In this document: in pieces, positions 37,131 to 46,481 of the stretch
How positions within the stretch are numbered: the first letter of the stretch is position 1
Layout of the letters: each line of letters begins with the position of its first letter
DNA from: Alphaproteobacteria bacterium
GTDB taxonomy: Bacteria > Pseudomonadota > Alphaproteobacteria > Bin95
Direction of reading: 5' to 3'
Length of the DNA: 64,000 nucleotides
Assembly: GCA_964291285.2 (NCBI GenBank)
Contig: OZ219786.1
Coordinates: forward strand, 64,001 to 128,000
Program-made: the position numbers and the translations under genes
The notes under the pieces: generated by a model
Told to the model about the DNA's origin: nothing
Database searches by the model: none
Seen by the model: only the letters and a program-made list of their open reading frames with translations

Positions 37131-38713
37131 TCCGCATCATGGGCGAGACGCCGCATGCCGCCACGCTCCGCGATCTGGTGACGATGCGCGCTGCGCTCGG
37201 CGACAAGCCGCTGCTCATCTGCCGCGACGAGACCCTGACCTACGCCGATGCCGACCGGCTCTCGAACCGCGCCGCCAACGCACTGCTCCAGCGCGGCATA
37301 GGCAAGGGCGATGTGGTCGCGACCTTCATGTACAACTCGCTCGCGCAGGAGATCGTCTGGTTTGCCTGCGCCAAGATCGGCGCGGTTTACGCGGCCCTCA
37401 ATGTCTCGCTCGCGCGCGACGACCTCGCCTACAGCCTGAACGATACCGGCGCGAAGCTGCTGGTCGCGGACGACGAGCTGATGGATGTCTGCGAGGCGGC
37501 GGCGGACCGGTTTTCGTCTCCTCCGACAATTCTGGTGCATGGAGCGCCGCGCGCGGGATACGGCGCCTGGGAGGAGCTGCTGACAGGCTCGGAGGCGCTT
37601 CCCGAGGCGGAGGTGCGGCCGACCGACCCCGCGGCCATCGTCTATACGGGAGGCAGCACCTCCATGCCCAAGGGCGTGCTCGTCTCCCACCTCTATTACA
37701 TCGGCGCGGCCATTCGCTATGCGGAGATCGCCGAGGCCGGTCCCGACGACGTGCATTTTGCGAACTCGCATTTCTTCCATATCGGCGGCCAGCAATTCGG
37801 CGTCACCGGTCCGCTCTACACCGGCATGACCGGCGTGATGCACAAATGGTTCAGCGCCTCGCGCTACTGGGAGACTGTGCATCGACACGGCGCCACCATC
37901 ATCGACCCGCTGGGCACGATGATGTCCGTGCTGCTGCGCCGGCCGGAAAGCGGGCTCGACCGCTCGCACCGGGTAAAGGTCGGGGTGGGAATTGCGTCCG
38001 GCCAGGTGCGACGCGAGCTCCGCGACGAGTTCGAGGCCCGTTTCGGCATCCCGATGCTGGAGGTCTATGCGATGACGGAGATGGGCGTGCTGCTCTGCTC
38101 CGAGCGCCTGCACGACCGCAAGGCCGGCACCTGCGGCCGGCCGCACGGGTGGGCCGAAATCATGGTCGCAGATGCCGACGACAACCCGCTGCCTGCGGGC
38201 GAGACGGGCCAGCTGCTGCTGCGGCCCGGAGTGCCGAACACCTACATGATCGAGTACATCAACAAACCGGAGGCAACCCTCGCCGCCTGGCGGAATCTCT
38301 GGTACCACTCGGGCGATCTCGGCTGGCTCGACGAGGACGGCTATGTCCATTTCGTCGGCCGCGAGGCGCACTGGATCCGCCGGCGGGGCGAGAACGTCTC
38401 GGCCTTCGAGGTGGAGAAGGCGATCACGGCCCACGAGGCGGTGGTGGACTGCGCTTGCGTGGGCGTGCCCTCCGATCTCGGCGAAGAGGACATCAAGGCC
38501 TATGTGCAGGTCTCCGCGCCGGTCGAGCCGGGGGCGCTGGTCGAGTGGTGCCGGGAACGCATCGCCTATTTCAAGGCGCCGCGCTACGTCGAGTTCGTGG
38601 ACGAGTTCCCCCGCACGATGACCAAGAACGAAATCGCGCGCCACGAGTTGCGCGAACGCGGGATCGGTGCCTGCTGGGACGCGGAGGCGGATCGGATGGC
38701 GCCGGCTTCCTGA
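37127..38713 (+). CDS. Acyl-CoA synthetase (CaiC-like)
   Basis: YTGGSTSMPKGV, YAMTE, WYHSGD, IRRRGENVS. Confidence 0.9.
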   Translation: MIRIMGETPHAATLRDLVTMRAALGDKPLLICRDETLTYADADRLSNRAANALLQRGIGKGDVVATFMYNSLAQEIVWFACAKIGAVYAALNVSLARDDLAYSLNDTGAKLLVADDELMDVCEAAADRFSSPPTILVHGAPRAGYGAWEELLTGSEALPEAEVRPTDPAAIVYTGGSTSMPKGVLVSHLYYIGAAIRYAEIAEAGPDDVHFANSHFFHIGGQQFGVTGPLYTGMTGVMHKWFSASRYWETVHRHGATIIDPLGTMMSVLLRRPESGLDRSHRVKVGVGIASGQVRRELRDEFEARFGIPMLEVYAMTEMGVLLCSERLHDRKAGTCGRPHGWAEIMVADADDNPLPAGETGQLLLRPGVPNTYMIEYINKPEATLAAWRNLWYHSGDLGWLDEDGYVHFVGREAHWIRRRGENVSAFEVEKAITAHEAVVDCACVGVPSDLGEEDIKAYVQVSAPVEPGALVEWCRERIAYFKAPRYVEFVDEFPRTMTKNEIARHELRERGIGACWDAEADRMAPAS

Positions 38714-38962
38714 CGGCGAGGCCTCGCCGGTCGTCAAAGCGTCGCCGCCCAAGGTCGGTCCGGTCGTTATTCGCTGCTCTTTCGGTGCGTTCATTTGCCT
38801 GCAGGCGTCGGTTCTTTCTCCGGTTCTCTTCTTCCGGGACATCGCATTGTTTCCGTTGCGCCGGGATGAAACCGGGCCGGACAAGCAGAGAAGCGACGCT
38901 GGCGCGGAGACGATTGGGCGCTATGATTGCGGCAACGCAAGCGGCGGGATTGGCCGGCAAGC

Positions 38963-39700
38963 ATGAGACTGCGGATCAAGTTGGGACTGGCATTCCTGGC
39001 CGGCGTTGCCCTTTCTCTCGCGCTGGTCGTATATGCCGCACTCGACACGTTCGACCGCGAACTCCGGACCGTTAAGGCGTCGCACTTCGGTTTCACCGTC
39101 GATGAAATCGCCCATGCGGTTACGGTCCGCACGGATCTGGGCCTTCGGCTCGAAACGATCCCGGAAATTGCGGCATTGCTGGACCGTACCCAGGCAGCCG
39201 ACCCGGATATCGACCGGTTGCTGGTTTTCGGAGCGGACGGCCGGGTCGTATTCTCCACCGACCAGACAGACCTCGGGACCACGATCGATGCCGGCGACCG
39301 GACCGGGCGCTGGATTGAGGCCGATGAGCGGGCGGTGACCGTGGGCAGCCCGCTGATCAACAATTTCGGCAAGGTGGTCGGAGGCGTCCTGCTGGAGAGC
39401 GAAGTCCGGCACAGCGCGCCGCTGCGCGAACGCGCGGCCATTACCGTTTTCGGCATTGCCGCCGGCGTATTCGCGGTCTGCCTCCTGCTCGTTTTCCTGT
39501 TTGCCCGCTGGGTGCTGCATCCGGTTCTCGACATGCTGAGGCGAAGCGACGCTTCGTTGCTGGCGATGGCGGAGGGCCAGACGGTAGAGCTGGAGGGGGC
39601 GCCGCCGTCGCTTGCGGGCTTCCATGACACTGCGGCGAGAATGCTGGCCACGATGGACGACGATGCGCGCGAGGTCGACCGGCTGGACCGGATCGGATGA
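38963..39700 (+). CDS. Two-TM membrane protein with periplasmic sensor-like domain (paralog A)
   Basis: TM, DLGL.LE.I…DPDI…F, PLINNFGKVVGGV, TM; its stop overlaps the PP2C start. Confidence 0.75.
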   Translation: MRLRIKLGLAFLAGVALSLALVVYAALDTFDRELRTVKASHFGFTVDEIAHAVTVRTDLGLRLETIPEIAALLDRTQAADPDIDRLLVFGADGRVVFSTDQTDLGTTIDAGDRTGRWIEADERAVTVGSPLINNFGKVVGGVLLESEVRHSAPLRERAAITVFGIAAGVFAVCLLLVFLFARWVLHPVLDMLRRSDASLLAMAEGQTVELEGAPPSLAGFHDTAARMLATMDDDAREVDRLDRIG

Positions 39701-42621
39701 CGGGCATGGGCCGGGTCTCGCGCATGATCTGCCTGAAAGCCTGCGCCGCCGCCATCGTGGTTGCGCTGTTGCAGGCGGTGCTGACGACCGCAGCGTTCCA
39801 CTGGTGGGCCGAGGAGCCGCTGACGGGCGAGCTCGACCGCAAGGCGCTCGCAGTCGGCCAGGCTATGAAGGCCGAGATGGAGCGTGCCGCCCGGGTCGGC
39901 ATCCCGCTCGAGGAGCTCCGGGGAGTCGAGCCATTCTTCCAGCGCTTCCTCGACGACAACCCGGACATACGCTTCATCGCAATGACCACGCCGGACAAGG
40001 AGCCGGTCTATTTCAGCGGCGTCGCGCGCGCCCGGCTGGAGAAAGTCCTTGAGTCGGCGGGGACCGCATTTGAGGAGCGCCGCCTGGCGGGAGGTATGAC
40101 GGAAGCCCGGAGCCGTCATACCTTCGGCGACCTTTCTGTCGATATCCGTCCGATAGGTCCGGCGGACTATCCACTCGCCCTCCTGCATGTCGCGGTCGAA
40201 AAGGGCTTCGTGACGCATGTGCTGCGTCGCAATTGGCCGGGCTTTGCCATTGCGGGCGTGGTCGGCATCGTCGTCGGGCTGCTGTGCACGGTCGTTCTGA
40301 CATTGCGGGTCGGCCGGCGGTTGCAACGATTCGATAACGGAATCGCGCAAGCGGCCGGCGGCCACCCGGTGCTGCTCGCGGATCTGGGGCAGCGGGACGA
40401 AATCGGCTATGCCGCCCGCGCATTCAATGCGGTGCTGCACGGCCTCCGCACGCGATATGACGAAACCCTGGATCAGGCGGAGGACGCCCGGGACGCCGCG
40501 GTCGGCCGGACGGTGCGGGATTCGCTGGAACGCATTCGCCGGGGGCTGGTCCAGAGGCTGGAGCCCGCCTTCCGCGACATTCCCCCGACGCCGCCCACCG
40601 CGGTCGGCCGCTTCGGCCGGAATGTCTCGATACGCCTGCGTCTGACGGCAATCATCAGCCTTGCGGGGCTTCTGCTGGCGATAGGCCTCGGCTATGGCAG
40701 CATCGTGCGTGAGCGCCTTCTTGCCGAAAGCTATAACGAAGACCGCCAGACGGCATTGAAGACCGTCTGGAAGACCCTGTCGCAGCGCGAGACGGACACG
40801 GTCGCACGCCTGCTGGCCCCGTTGCGCGCCAACGAAGACGTCCGGGCCGCGCTTCTCGCCGGCGATACACTGCTTGCCGCGCGCCTGATCGAGGATCTTT
40901 CCGTGGGGAGCGGAATTGAACGGCTCGTGACGTTCGACCCCTCGGAAGGGGCAGGGGGGCGCCTATTCGTAGGCCGCAACCCCCTGTCGCCGCGCGTGGC
41001 CAAGCGAATCGTCGATACCGGGACGCGGGCAAGCGGCGGCGACATCGACGCCGACGGACAACCGGTCTGGACGGTTGCGGAGGCCCTCGGAGACCCGGAC
41101 CGGGGCGATGTGTTGATCGTTGCCGCAAGCCTCCCGCTTGCCTCCGCGGTGCAGGAAGCGGGGGCGGTCCTCGGTGGAGAAGCCTTTCTGGTCGGGAGCG
41201 AGGGCGGACTGATCTTCGGCACCAACCCGCCGCTCTGGCAAGGTCTGGACCAGAACAGTGCGGACTATGCCACGACGACAACGAACATCCCGGCCCTGAA
41301 CGGCGGGCGCCTTTCCGGCCTGCATGTCGTCTCCGATGTCAGCGAACTCGCCGCGCGGCAGCAGGCGCTGCGTATTGCCTATTTCGGAGCAGCGGCAGTT
41401 TTCGCCTGCATTGCCCTTTGGGCGCTCTATGCGAATCTGAGCGGCTCCCTGCAGCCGCTCGACCGTGTGATCGGCGTACTGGAGGCGCTCTCCGACGGCC
41501 GTCGCGGCGTGTGGCTCGAACAGGAGGCCGGCAGGGACGAAATCGCCCGCATCGCCAGGGCGGTCGAGGCGTATCGAAGTTCCCTGGGCGAGGTCGAACG
41601 CCTGTCAGCTGAGCGCCGCCGGGCGCAACGGCGGCGCGAACGCTTCCTGCGCCAGCAGATGGCCGGACTGACGTCGGCTGTGGGCGCGGAGGCCCGCCAG
41701 GCCGTTACGGACCAGCTCGCCGAGCTTGAACGGGAAGGCGCCAGCGACGAGTTCGAAGCTCTCACGCTCGTGTTCGAACAGATGGCGCAGCGCATTCGCG
41801 AACAGCATGGACGCCTGACCGAGCTGGTCGAGGAACTGCGCGAGGCGCTCAAGCACAAGGAGCGCCTGGTCGCGATCGAGCGCGAGCTGTCCATCGCGCA
41901 CGACTTGCAACTCTCGGTGCTGCCGCGCGAGACGCCGCCGCAGCGTACCGTCGAGATCGCGGCGCAGATGCTCCCGGCCAAGGAGGTCGGCGGCGACTTC
42001 TACGACTATTTCGCCATCGACGAACAGCGCATCGGACTCGTCATCGCGGATGTCTCGGGCAAGGGCATCCCGGCCGCCTTCTTCATGCTGATTGCGCGCA
42101 CCCTGCTCAAGGCTACCGCTCTGATCGGCGAGTCGCCGGGCCGGGTGCTGACCGCGTTGAACGACATGCTGGAGGCAGAGAACGAGCAGATGATGTTCGT
42201 GACCGCCTTCTATGCAGTCGTGAATACCGAAACCGGCCATGTGACCTTCGCCAACGCCGGACATAATCCGACTTACCGGATCGACGGTGGGGGGCAGCTA
42301 TCGACTCTGCCGATGGATCCCGGCCTGGCGCTCGCCATCATGCCGGGATTCGATTTCGAGGAGGGAGAGACGACGCTGGCGCCGGGCGACACGCTGTTCC
42401 TCTACACGGACGGCGTGAACGAGGCCTTCAACGAAGCGGGCGAACAATTCGGCGAACCGCGCCTGGAAGCGGAACTGGCGGCCCATGCAGACGCCTCGCC
42501 GGCCATCATTTGCGATGCGATGCGCGCCTCGGTCGAGGAATTCTCGACAGGAGTCGAGCAGAGCGACGACATCACCACGGTGGCGGTGCGCTATCTGGGA
42601 AACGGTCCGGCCGCGTCCTGA
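39697..42621 (+). CDS. Membrane sensor PP2C (SpoIIE/RsbU-type) phosphatase with two sensor-HAMP modules
   Basis: PAKEVGGDFYD, IADVSGKG.PAA, NAGH, LYTDGVNEA, QSDDIT; HAMP motifs RDEIG and RDEIA; four TMs. Confidence 0.9.
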   Translation: MTGMGRVSRMICLKACAAAIVVALLQAVLTTAAFHWWAEEPLTGELDRKALAVGQAMKAEMERAARVGIPLEELRGVEPFFQRFLDDNPDIRFIAMTTPDKEPVYFSGVARARLEKVLESAGTAFEERRLAGGMTEARSRHTFGDLSVDIRPIGPADYPLALLHVAVEKGFVTHVLRRNWPGFAIAGVVGIVVGLLCTVVLTLRVGRRLQRFDNGIAQAAGGHPVLLADLGQRDEIGYAARAFNAVLHGLRTRYDETLDQAEDARDAAVGRTVRDSLERIRRGLVQRLEPAFRDIPPTPPTAVGRFGRNVSIRLRLTAIISLAGLLLAIGLGYGSIVRERLLAESYNEDRQTALKTVWKTLSQRETDTVARLLAPLRANEDVRAALLAGDTLLAARLIEDLSVGSGIERLVTFDPSEGAGGRLFVGRNPLSPRVAKRIVDTGTRASGGDIDADGQPVWTVAEALGDPDRGDVLIVAASLPLASAVQEAGAVLGGEAFLVGSEGGLIFGTNPPLWQGLDQNSADYATTTTNIPALNGGRLSGLHVVSDVSELAARQQALRIAYFGAAAVFACIALWALYANLSGSLQPLDRVIGVLEALSDGRRGVWLEQEAGRDEIARIARAVEAYRSSLGEVERLSAERRRAQRRRERFLRQQMAGLTSAVGAEARQAVTDQLAELEREGASDEFEALTLVFEQMAQRIREQHGRLTELVEELREALKHKERLVAIERELSIAHDLQLSVLPRETPPQRTVEIAAQMLPAKEVGGDFYDYFAIDEQRIGLVIADVSGKGIPAAFFMLIARTLLKATALIGESPGRVLTALNDMLEAENEQMMFVTAFYAVVNTETGHVTFANAGHNPTYRIDGGGQLSTLPMDPGLALAIMPGFDFEEGETTLAPGDTLFLYTDGVNEAFNEAGEQFGEPRLEAELAAHADASPAIICDAMRASVEEFSTGVEQSDDITTVAVRYLGNGPAAS

Positions 42622-43619
42622 CCCCACTGCCGGTCGAGGCTTGTAGCAAGAATGTGCTCGACCAGGGCCTCCGAGGATATGCCTGCACGCGCCGCGCTTT
42701 GCGCGAAGGCCATCGCACCGCCGATCGAGCAGGCGAGATTGAACTCGAGGAAGGCATGTCCCGAGGGACCGAACCGGAAATCGCAGCGCAGATAGTCGTA
42801 TGGCTCCACCGCTCTCGCGAACCGCAGGGCATCTTCAACAATGGGCTTGAGCCAGGGCTCATCACCGGGGAACTCGCGTGTGAGGCCGGGTTCCAGCTTC
42901 CGTTTCTGACGGTGGGTGAACAGCCCGTAAGGACTGTCGCATGTCTGGGTAGCAGGGGGCAGGGCCACCGGCCCGTTATCGCCTACCAGGATCGGCACCG
43001 TCACGTCGAAGTCGCCGAAGACCTGCTCGACAAGGCACTCGTCGATGGTGGCCCCGAGAGCCGCGATCCGCGGTTCGAGAGCACCGAAATCCTCTTGCGC
43101 GCTCGAGGCGTCGATGCCTGTCGATGCGGCGCCAAAACGCGGCTTGGCGACATAGGGCCCGTCGAAGTCCGGCTTCCGCACCGGGCCGTTTCCCGCGAAC
43201 ACTTTCCCGTCCGGCGCCGGTATGCCGAGCGCCCGCGCCGCCAGCTTGCTCAGCCACTTGTCCTCAGCGAGCGCGCGAATGTTCGCCGGTGCGCCCATAC
43301 AGGCGATGCCGGCTTTCGCCGCCATAGCGGAGACGTAGATCTCGGAATTCCGGAACGGCGCAATGTTGTAGAGCGAGAAAACGTAATTCCGGCCTTCGAA
43401 GGCCTGGGGTACGACGTCGAGATCGGAACTGCTGTCGACATCCAGGCCGAGACCGTTTCGCAGCACATCCCAGATCTCATACTGGTAGGCCGGCTGCACG
43501 CCGTAATCCGGATGGATGTCTGGAGGCCTGGGTGTGTCGGGTGACGGCGCATGAGGCGCCAGATACAGGATTTTGAGCGCGGCGCGGCGTTTGTCGTCCA
43601 GACGTTTCAGGGCGATCAA
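42591..43619 (-). CDS. D-Ala-D-Ala ligase-like ATP-grasp protein (paralog 1)
   Basis: AEDKWLSK, YVAKPRFGAASTGI, DYLRCDFR, FLEFN. Confidence 0.8.
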   Translation of the reverse strand: MIALKRLDDKRRAALKILYLAPHAPSPDTPRPPDIHPDYGVQPAYQYEIWDVLRNGLGLDVDSSSDLDVVPQAFEGRNYVFSLYNIAPFRNSEIYVSAMAAKAGIACMGAPANIRALAEDKWLSKLAARALGIPAPDGKVFAGNGPVRKPDFDGPYVAKPRFGAASTGIDASSAQEDFGALEPRIAALGATIDECLVEQVFGDFDVTVPILVGDNGPVALPPATQTCDSPYGLFTHRQKRKLEPGLTREFPGDEPWLKPIVEDALRFARAVEPYDYLRCDFRFGPSGHAFLEFNLACSIGGAMAFAQSAARAGISSEALVEHILATSLDRQWGQDAAGPFPR

Positions 43620-44629
43620 GAATCGGCTCCGGTCTTTATGAATTGGGCGAAGCGCAGGATTTCCATGGGCGGATACACCTTCAGCTTGTGCGCCGTTTCC
43701 ATGTTGACCACGAAGGAGAACCGGGAGAGCGTTTCGATGGGGATGTCGCCGGGGTCCTTGCCGCCGGTGAGAATCTGCTCCGCCTTGAAGGCCGCGAATT
43801 GCCCGACCGCGTAGAGCGGGCTGACGAGCCCCGTCATGCAGTGCTGCCGGATCAGGGTCTCCACGCCGCAGAAGGTCGGCAGGCCGAGTTCAGTTGCAGT
43901 GCGGGTCACCAACTCGGCATGGGCGCCGAAGAAGTTGGACGGCGGGATATAGAGGAAATCGACTCCGGCCTGTTTCAGGCGCCGGAGCGCCGGCTCTATC
44001 TGGGCCGGGTCCCGTTCGACCTTGGGCTCCGTCGGGCTGTCGGAGACGAATTCGATGCCGGATTCCTCCACCAGCGTCCGCATGGAGGCCTCGGTGCGGC
44101 GCTGTGCGCCCGAGCTCTTGTCGTAGAGCATGCCGAGCTTCTCGAAGGGCATGTAGGTGCGCATCGCGTTGAGGCGCACGAGGTTCGAAACGACGTGCAT
44201 TGCCCCGGTGATGTTGCGCTTCGAAAGCATCGGCGCCGCCGGGTCCGGAGGCTGGGGCACCAGTTTCGACCGGGCAGGAAACGAGACCATCGAAAACACG
44301 ACGGGAATGTCGAGGACATGCTTCTGGGGATCGGCCTCTTCAAGCCGCCCGACGACCGCGCGCGTCACCGAGGTTGTCTGGGTATAGACGAGGTCGGGCT
44401 TGAGCGCCTTGATTTCCTCGACATAGCCCGGGAGGCGGGACCGGTCGTTCTCCATGTCGCGAAGGACGAAGTTGGCATCGACGCCGTTTGCCGTCAGGTA
44501 GTCGCGAAAGCCGTCATCCGCGCCTGACCCGGCGCGATGCACGATCATGTAGATGGTGAAGGGGTCGGCTTGGGAAGCCGGGGCCGCCACGGTCGAGATG
44601 GCGAACGCCAGCAATAGCACTCGTAACAT
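43616..44629 (-). CDS. ABC-type periplasmic substrate-binding protein (no cognate permease nearby)
   Basis: Signal peptide; KPDLVYT..T, IPVVF..V..P, VGQFAA.KAEQIL.G..PGDIPIET, VNMETA..L. Confidence 0.82.
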   Translation of the reverse strand: MLRVLLLAFAISTVAAPASQADPFTIYMIVHRAGSGADDGFRDYLTANGVDANFVLRDMENDRSRLPGYVEEIKALKPDLVYTQTTSVTRAVVGRLEEADPQKHVLDIPVVFSMVSFPARSKLVPQPPDPAAPMLSKRNITGAMHVVSNLVRLNAMRTYMPFEKLGMLYDKSSGAQRRTEASMRTLVEESGIEFVSDSPTEPKVERDPAQIEPALRRLKQAGVDFLYIPPSNFFGAHAELVTRTATELGLPTFCGVETLIRQHCMTGLVSPLYAVGQFAAFKAEQILTGGKDPGDIPIETLSRFSFVVNMETAHKLKVYPPMEILRFAQFIKTGADS

Positions 44630-44721
44630 GGGAGGCGGGTCCGCTGCGTTGCCGGTGGAAGGGTTGACAGCTATCATACGCTGGTTCCCTGTAATTTCGA
44701 CACACATCTGGCCAATTTGGG

Positions 44722-45732
44722 ATGCTCGAGCTGTTACAAATCGGCCCGGACCGGCGTGAGGAGCTGGATATCCTGTTTCTCGCCAAATATGCGGAGGACT
44801 GGACCGAACCGCCGCCCACAGTGCATCCGCGTTACGGGCGCGAGCTCTACACCAAGTTCGAGGTACTTTCGGTCCTGCGGGGCCTGGCGCGCTCTGTGGA
44901 GCCCTGCGCCAGCCTCGAGGCCTTCGAAGAACGCATGCGCCGCAAGCCGGCTCCCGACTACATCTTCCAGATCTACAACCGGGAGCCCGTACGCAACCCC
45001 GAGATACTGGTGTCCGCACTCTGCGCGCGCACGGGCGTTCCCTATCTTGGCAGCCCGCCCAATGTGCGCGCCATGGCAGAGGACAAGTGGATTACCAAGC
45101 TGATGGCCCGGGCCGCGGGCCTGTCGGTGCCCGAAGGCGCCGTGGCGGTCGCCAGGGCCGATCTTGACGAACCGCCCGGTTTCGACGGGCCTTATTTCGT
45201 CAAGCCCCGCTTCGGCGCCAACTCCGAAGGTGTCGATGAAGGCTCGATCTGCGATGGCTGGGAAGAAGCGCGGTCACGGGCATCGGCTCTGCTGGCGGCC
45301 GGTGAGGAGGCGCTGATCGAGACGCTGGCGCCCGGCCTCGACGTGACCGTGCCGGTGCTGGGCGGGCCTCTTGCGCTTCATCCCGTCGCCAACCATTCCG
45401 AACTGCGCGAAGGCGTGCAGACCGAAGGGCAAAAGCGCTTTCTGGAGCCCGGAAAGCGGGGCGAGCCGTTCGACGACGCCGCGCTTTGCGAAGAACTCCG
45501 GGAGGCGGCGGTTGCGTTCGCGAAGCTGGTGCAGCCCTGCGACTATCTCAGGGTCGATTTCCGGGTCGCGCCGGACCGGTCCTTCCGCCTGCTCGAGTTC
45601 AATGTCACCTGCAACCTGGCGACGGTCATGTCCATGAATGTCGGCGCAGGCGCCGCGGGCGTGTCGCATGCGGCGATGATCGAGCATTTCCTCTGCTACA
45701 GCATGCAGCGTCAGGGGCTGCTGGCGGCATGA
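44722..45732 (+). CDS. D-Ala-D-Ala ligase-like ATP-grasp protein (paralog 2)
   Basis: AEDKWITK, YFVKPRFGANSEGV, DYLRVDFR, LLEFN. Confidence 0.8.
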   Translation: MLELLQIGPDRREELDILFLAKYAEDWTEPPPTVHPRYGRELYTKFEVLSVLRGLARSVEPCASLEAFEERMRRKPAPDYIFQIYNREPVRNPEILVSALCARTGVPYLGSPPNVRAMAEDKWITKLMARAAGLSVPEGAVAVARADLDEPPGFDGPYFVKPRFGANSEGVDEGSICDGWEEARSRASALLAAGEEALIETLAPGLDVTVPVLGGPLALHPVANHSELREGVQTEGQKRFLEPGKRGEPFDDAALCEELREAAVAFAKLVQPCDYLRVDFRVAPDRSFRLLEFNVTCNLATVMSMNVGAGAAGVSHAAMIEHFLCYSMQRQGLLAA

Positions 45733-46481
45733 GGCTGCTGATTGTCCTGAACGGCGCTTTCCTTTGCGCCTTCGCGGTGACGATGGCGCTGATGATCCTG
45801 CTCAACCAGCAGAAGTTCTCCGACATCCTGCGCGGGCTGGACGATTCCCGGGTTTCGGTCGTCACGCTCGACACGTCCCGCCGGCTGCGGCAGGCCGTGG
45901 ACCTCGGGCTGCCTCTCAAGGACATCGCCGAGAGCCGGGCCATGGTGGAGGCGCTGGTCGCGGAGTATCCGGAACTTCAGTCCGTCAGCATTTTCGATGC
46001 GGGGGGCAGGCTGCTTGTGCATGGCGGCAACGAGTTGAGTGGCGGAGAGTCGGAGGCGCCCCGGGCGTGGAGCGCCGGCAACCGGGAGGCGGCCGGGGAG
46101 GTCTGGCGCATCGAGGACCCGGAATCCTTCGTGGTCGGCGCGCCCGTCATCAACAATTTCGGGAAGCTCGAGGGAGGGGTGGCGGTTCGCTACAGCAAGG
46201 CGCGCTTCAGCAGCATCGTTGAAGGATTGACGACCGAGCTCCTGGAAGCCGCGGTTCTCATCTTTATTGCCAGCGGACTGCTGGCGGTGCTGGGAACCGC
46301 CGCCGCGCTCTGGAGATTGACCAGGACCGCCCGTTATCTGCGTCAAAGTGTTGAAAACCTTCTGAAGCAGGATTCTGGCGAAACGCCGGCGGATACCGAC
46401 CTCGCCGAATTCGTTGGCTACAGCGCTTCCGTGCGGGAAACGGCGGCGACGCTGGCGGATGCCGAAAGGAACGTGCGGTGA
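45729..46481 (+). CDS. Two-TM membrane protein with periplasmic sensor-like domain (paralog B)
   Basis: TM, AVDLGLPLKDI…YPEL…IFD, PVINNFGKLEGGV, TM; ATGA coupling to the ATP-grasp gene. Confidence 0.75.
   Translation: MRLLIVLNGAFLCAFAVTMALMILLNQQKFSDILRGLDDSRVSVVTLDTSRRLRQAVDLGLPLKDIAESRAMVEALVAEYPELQSVSIFDAGGRLLVHGGNELSGGESEAPRAWSAGNREAAGEVWRIEDPESFVVGAPVINNFGKLEGGVAVRYSKARFSSIVEGLTTELLEAAVLIFIASGLLAVLGTAAALWRLTRTARYLRQSVENLLKQDSGETPADTDLAEFVGYSASVRETAATLADAERNVR

Noticed and set aside
42591-45732. van-type glycopeptide resistance ligases
   Set aside because: No vanH/vanX/vanRS genes nearby and canonical D-Ala ligase motifs are missing.
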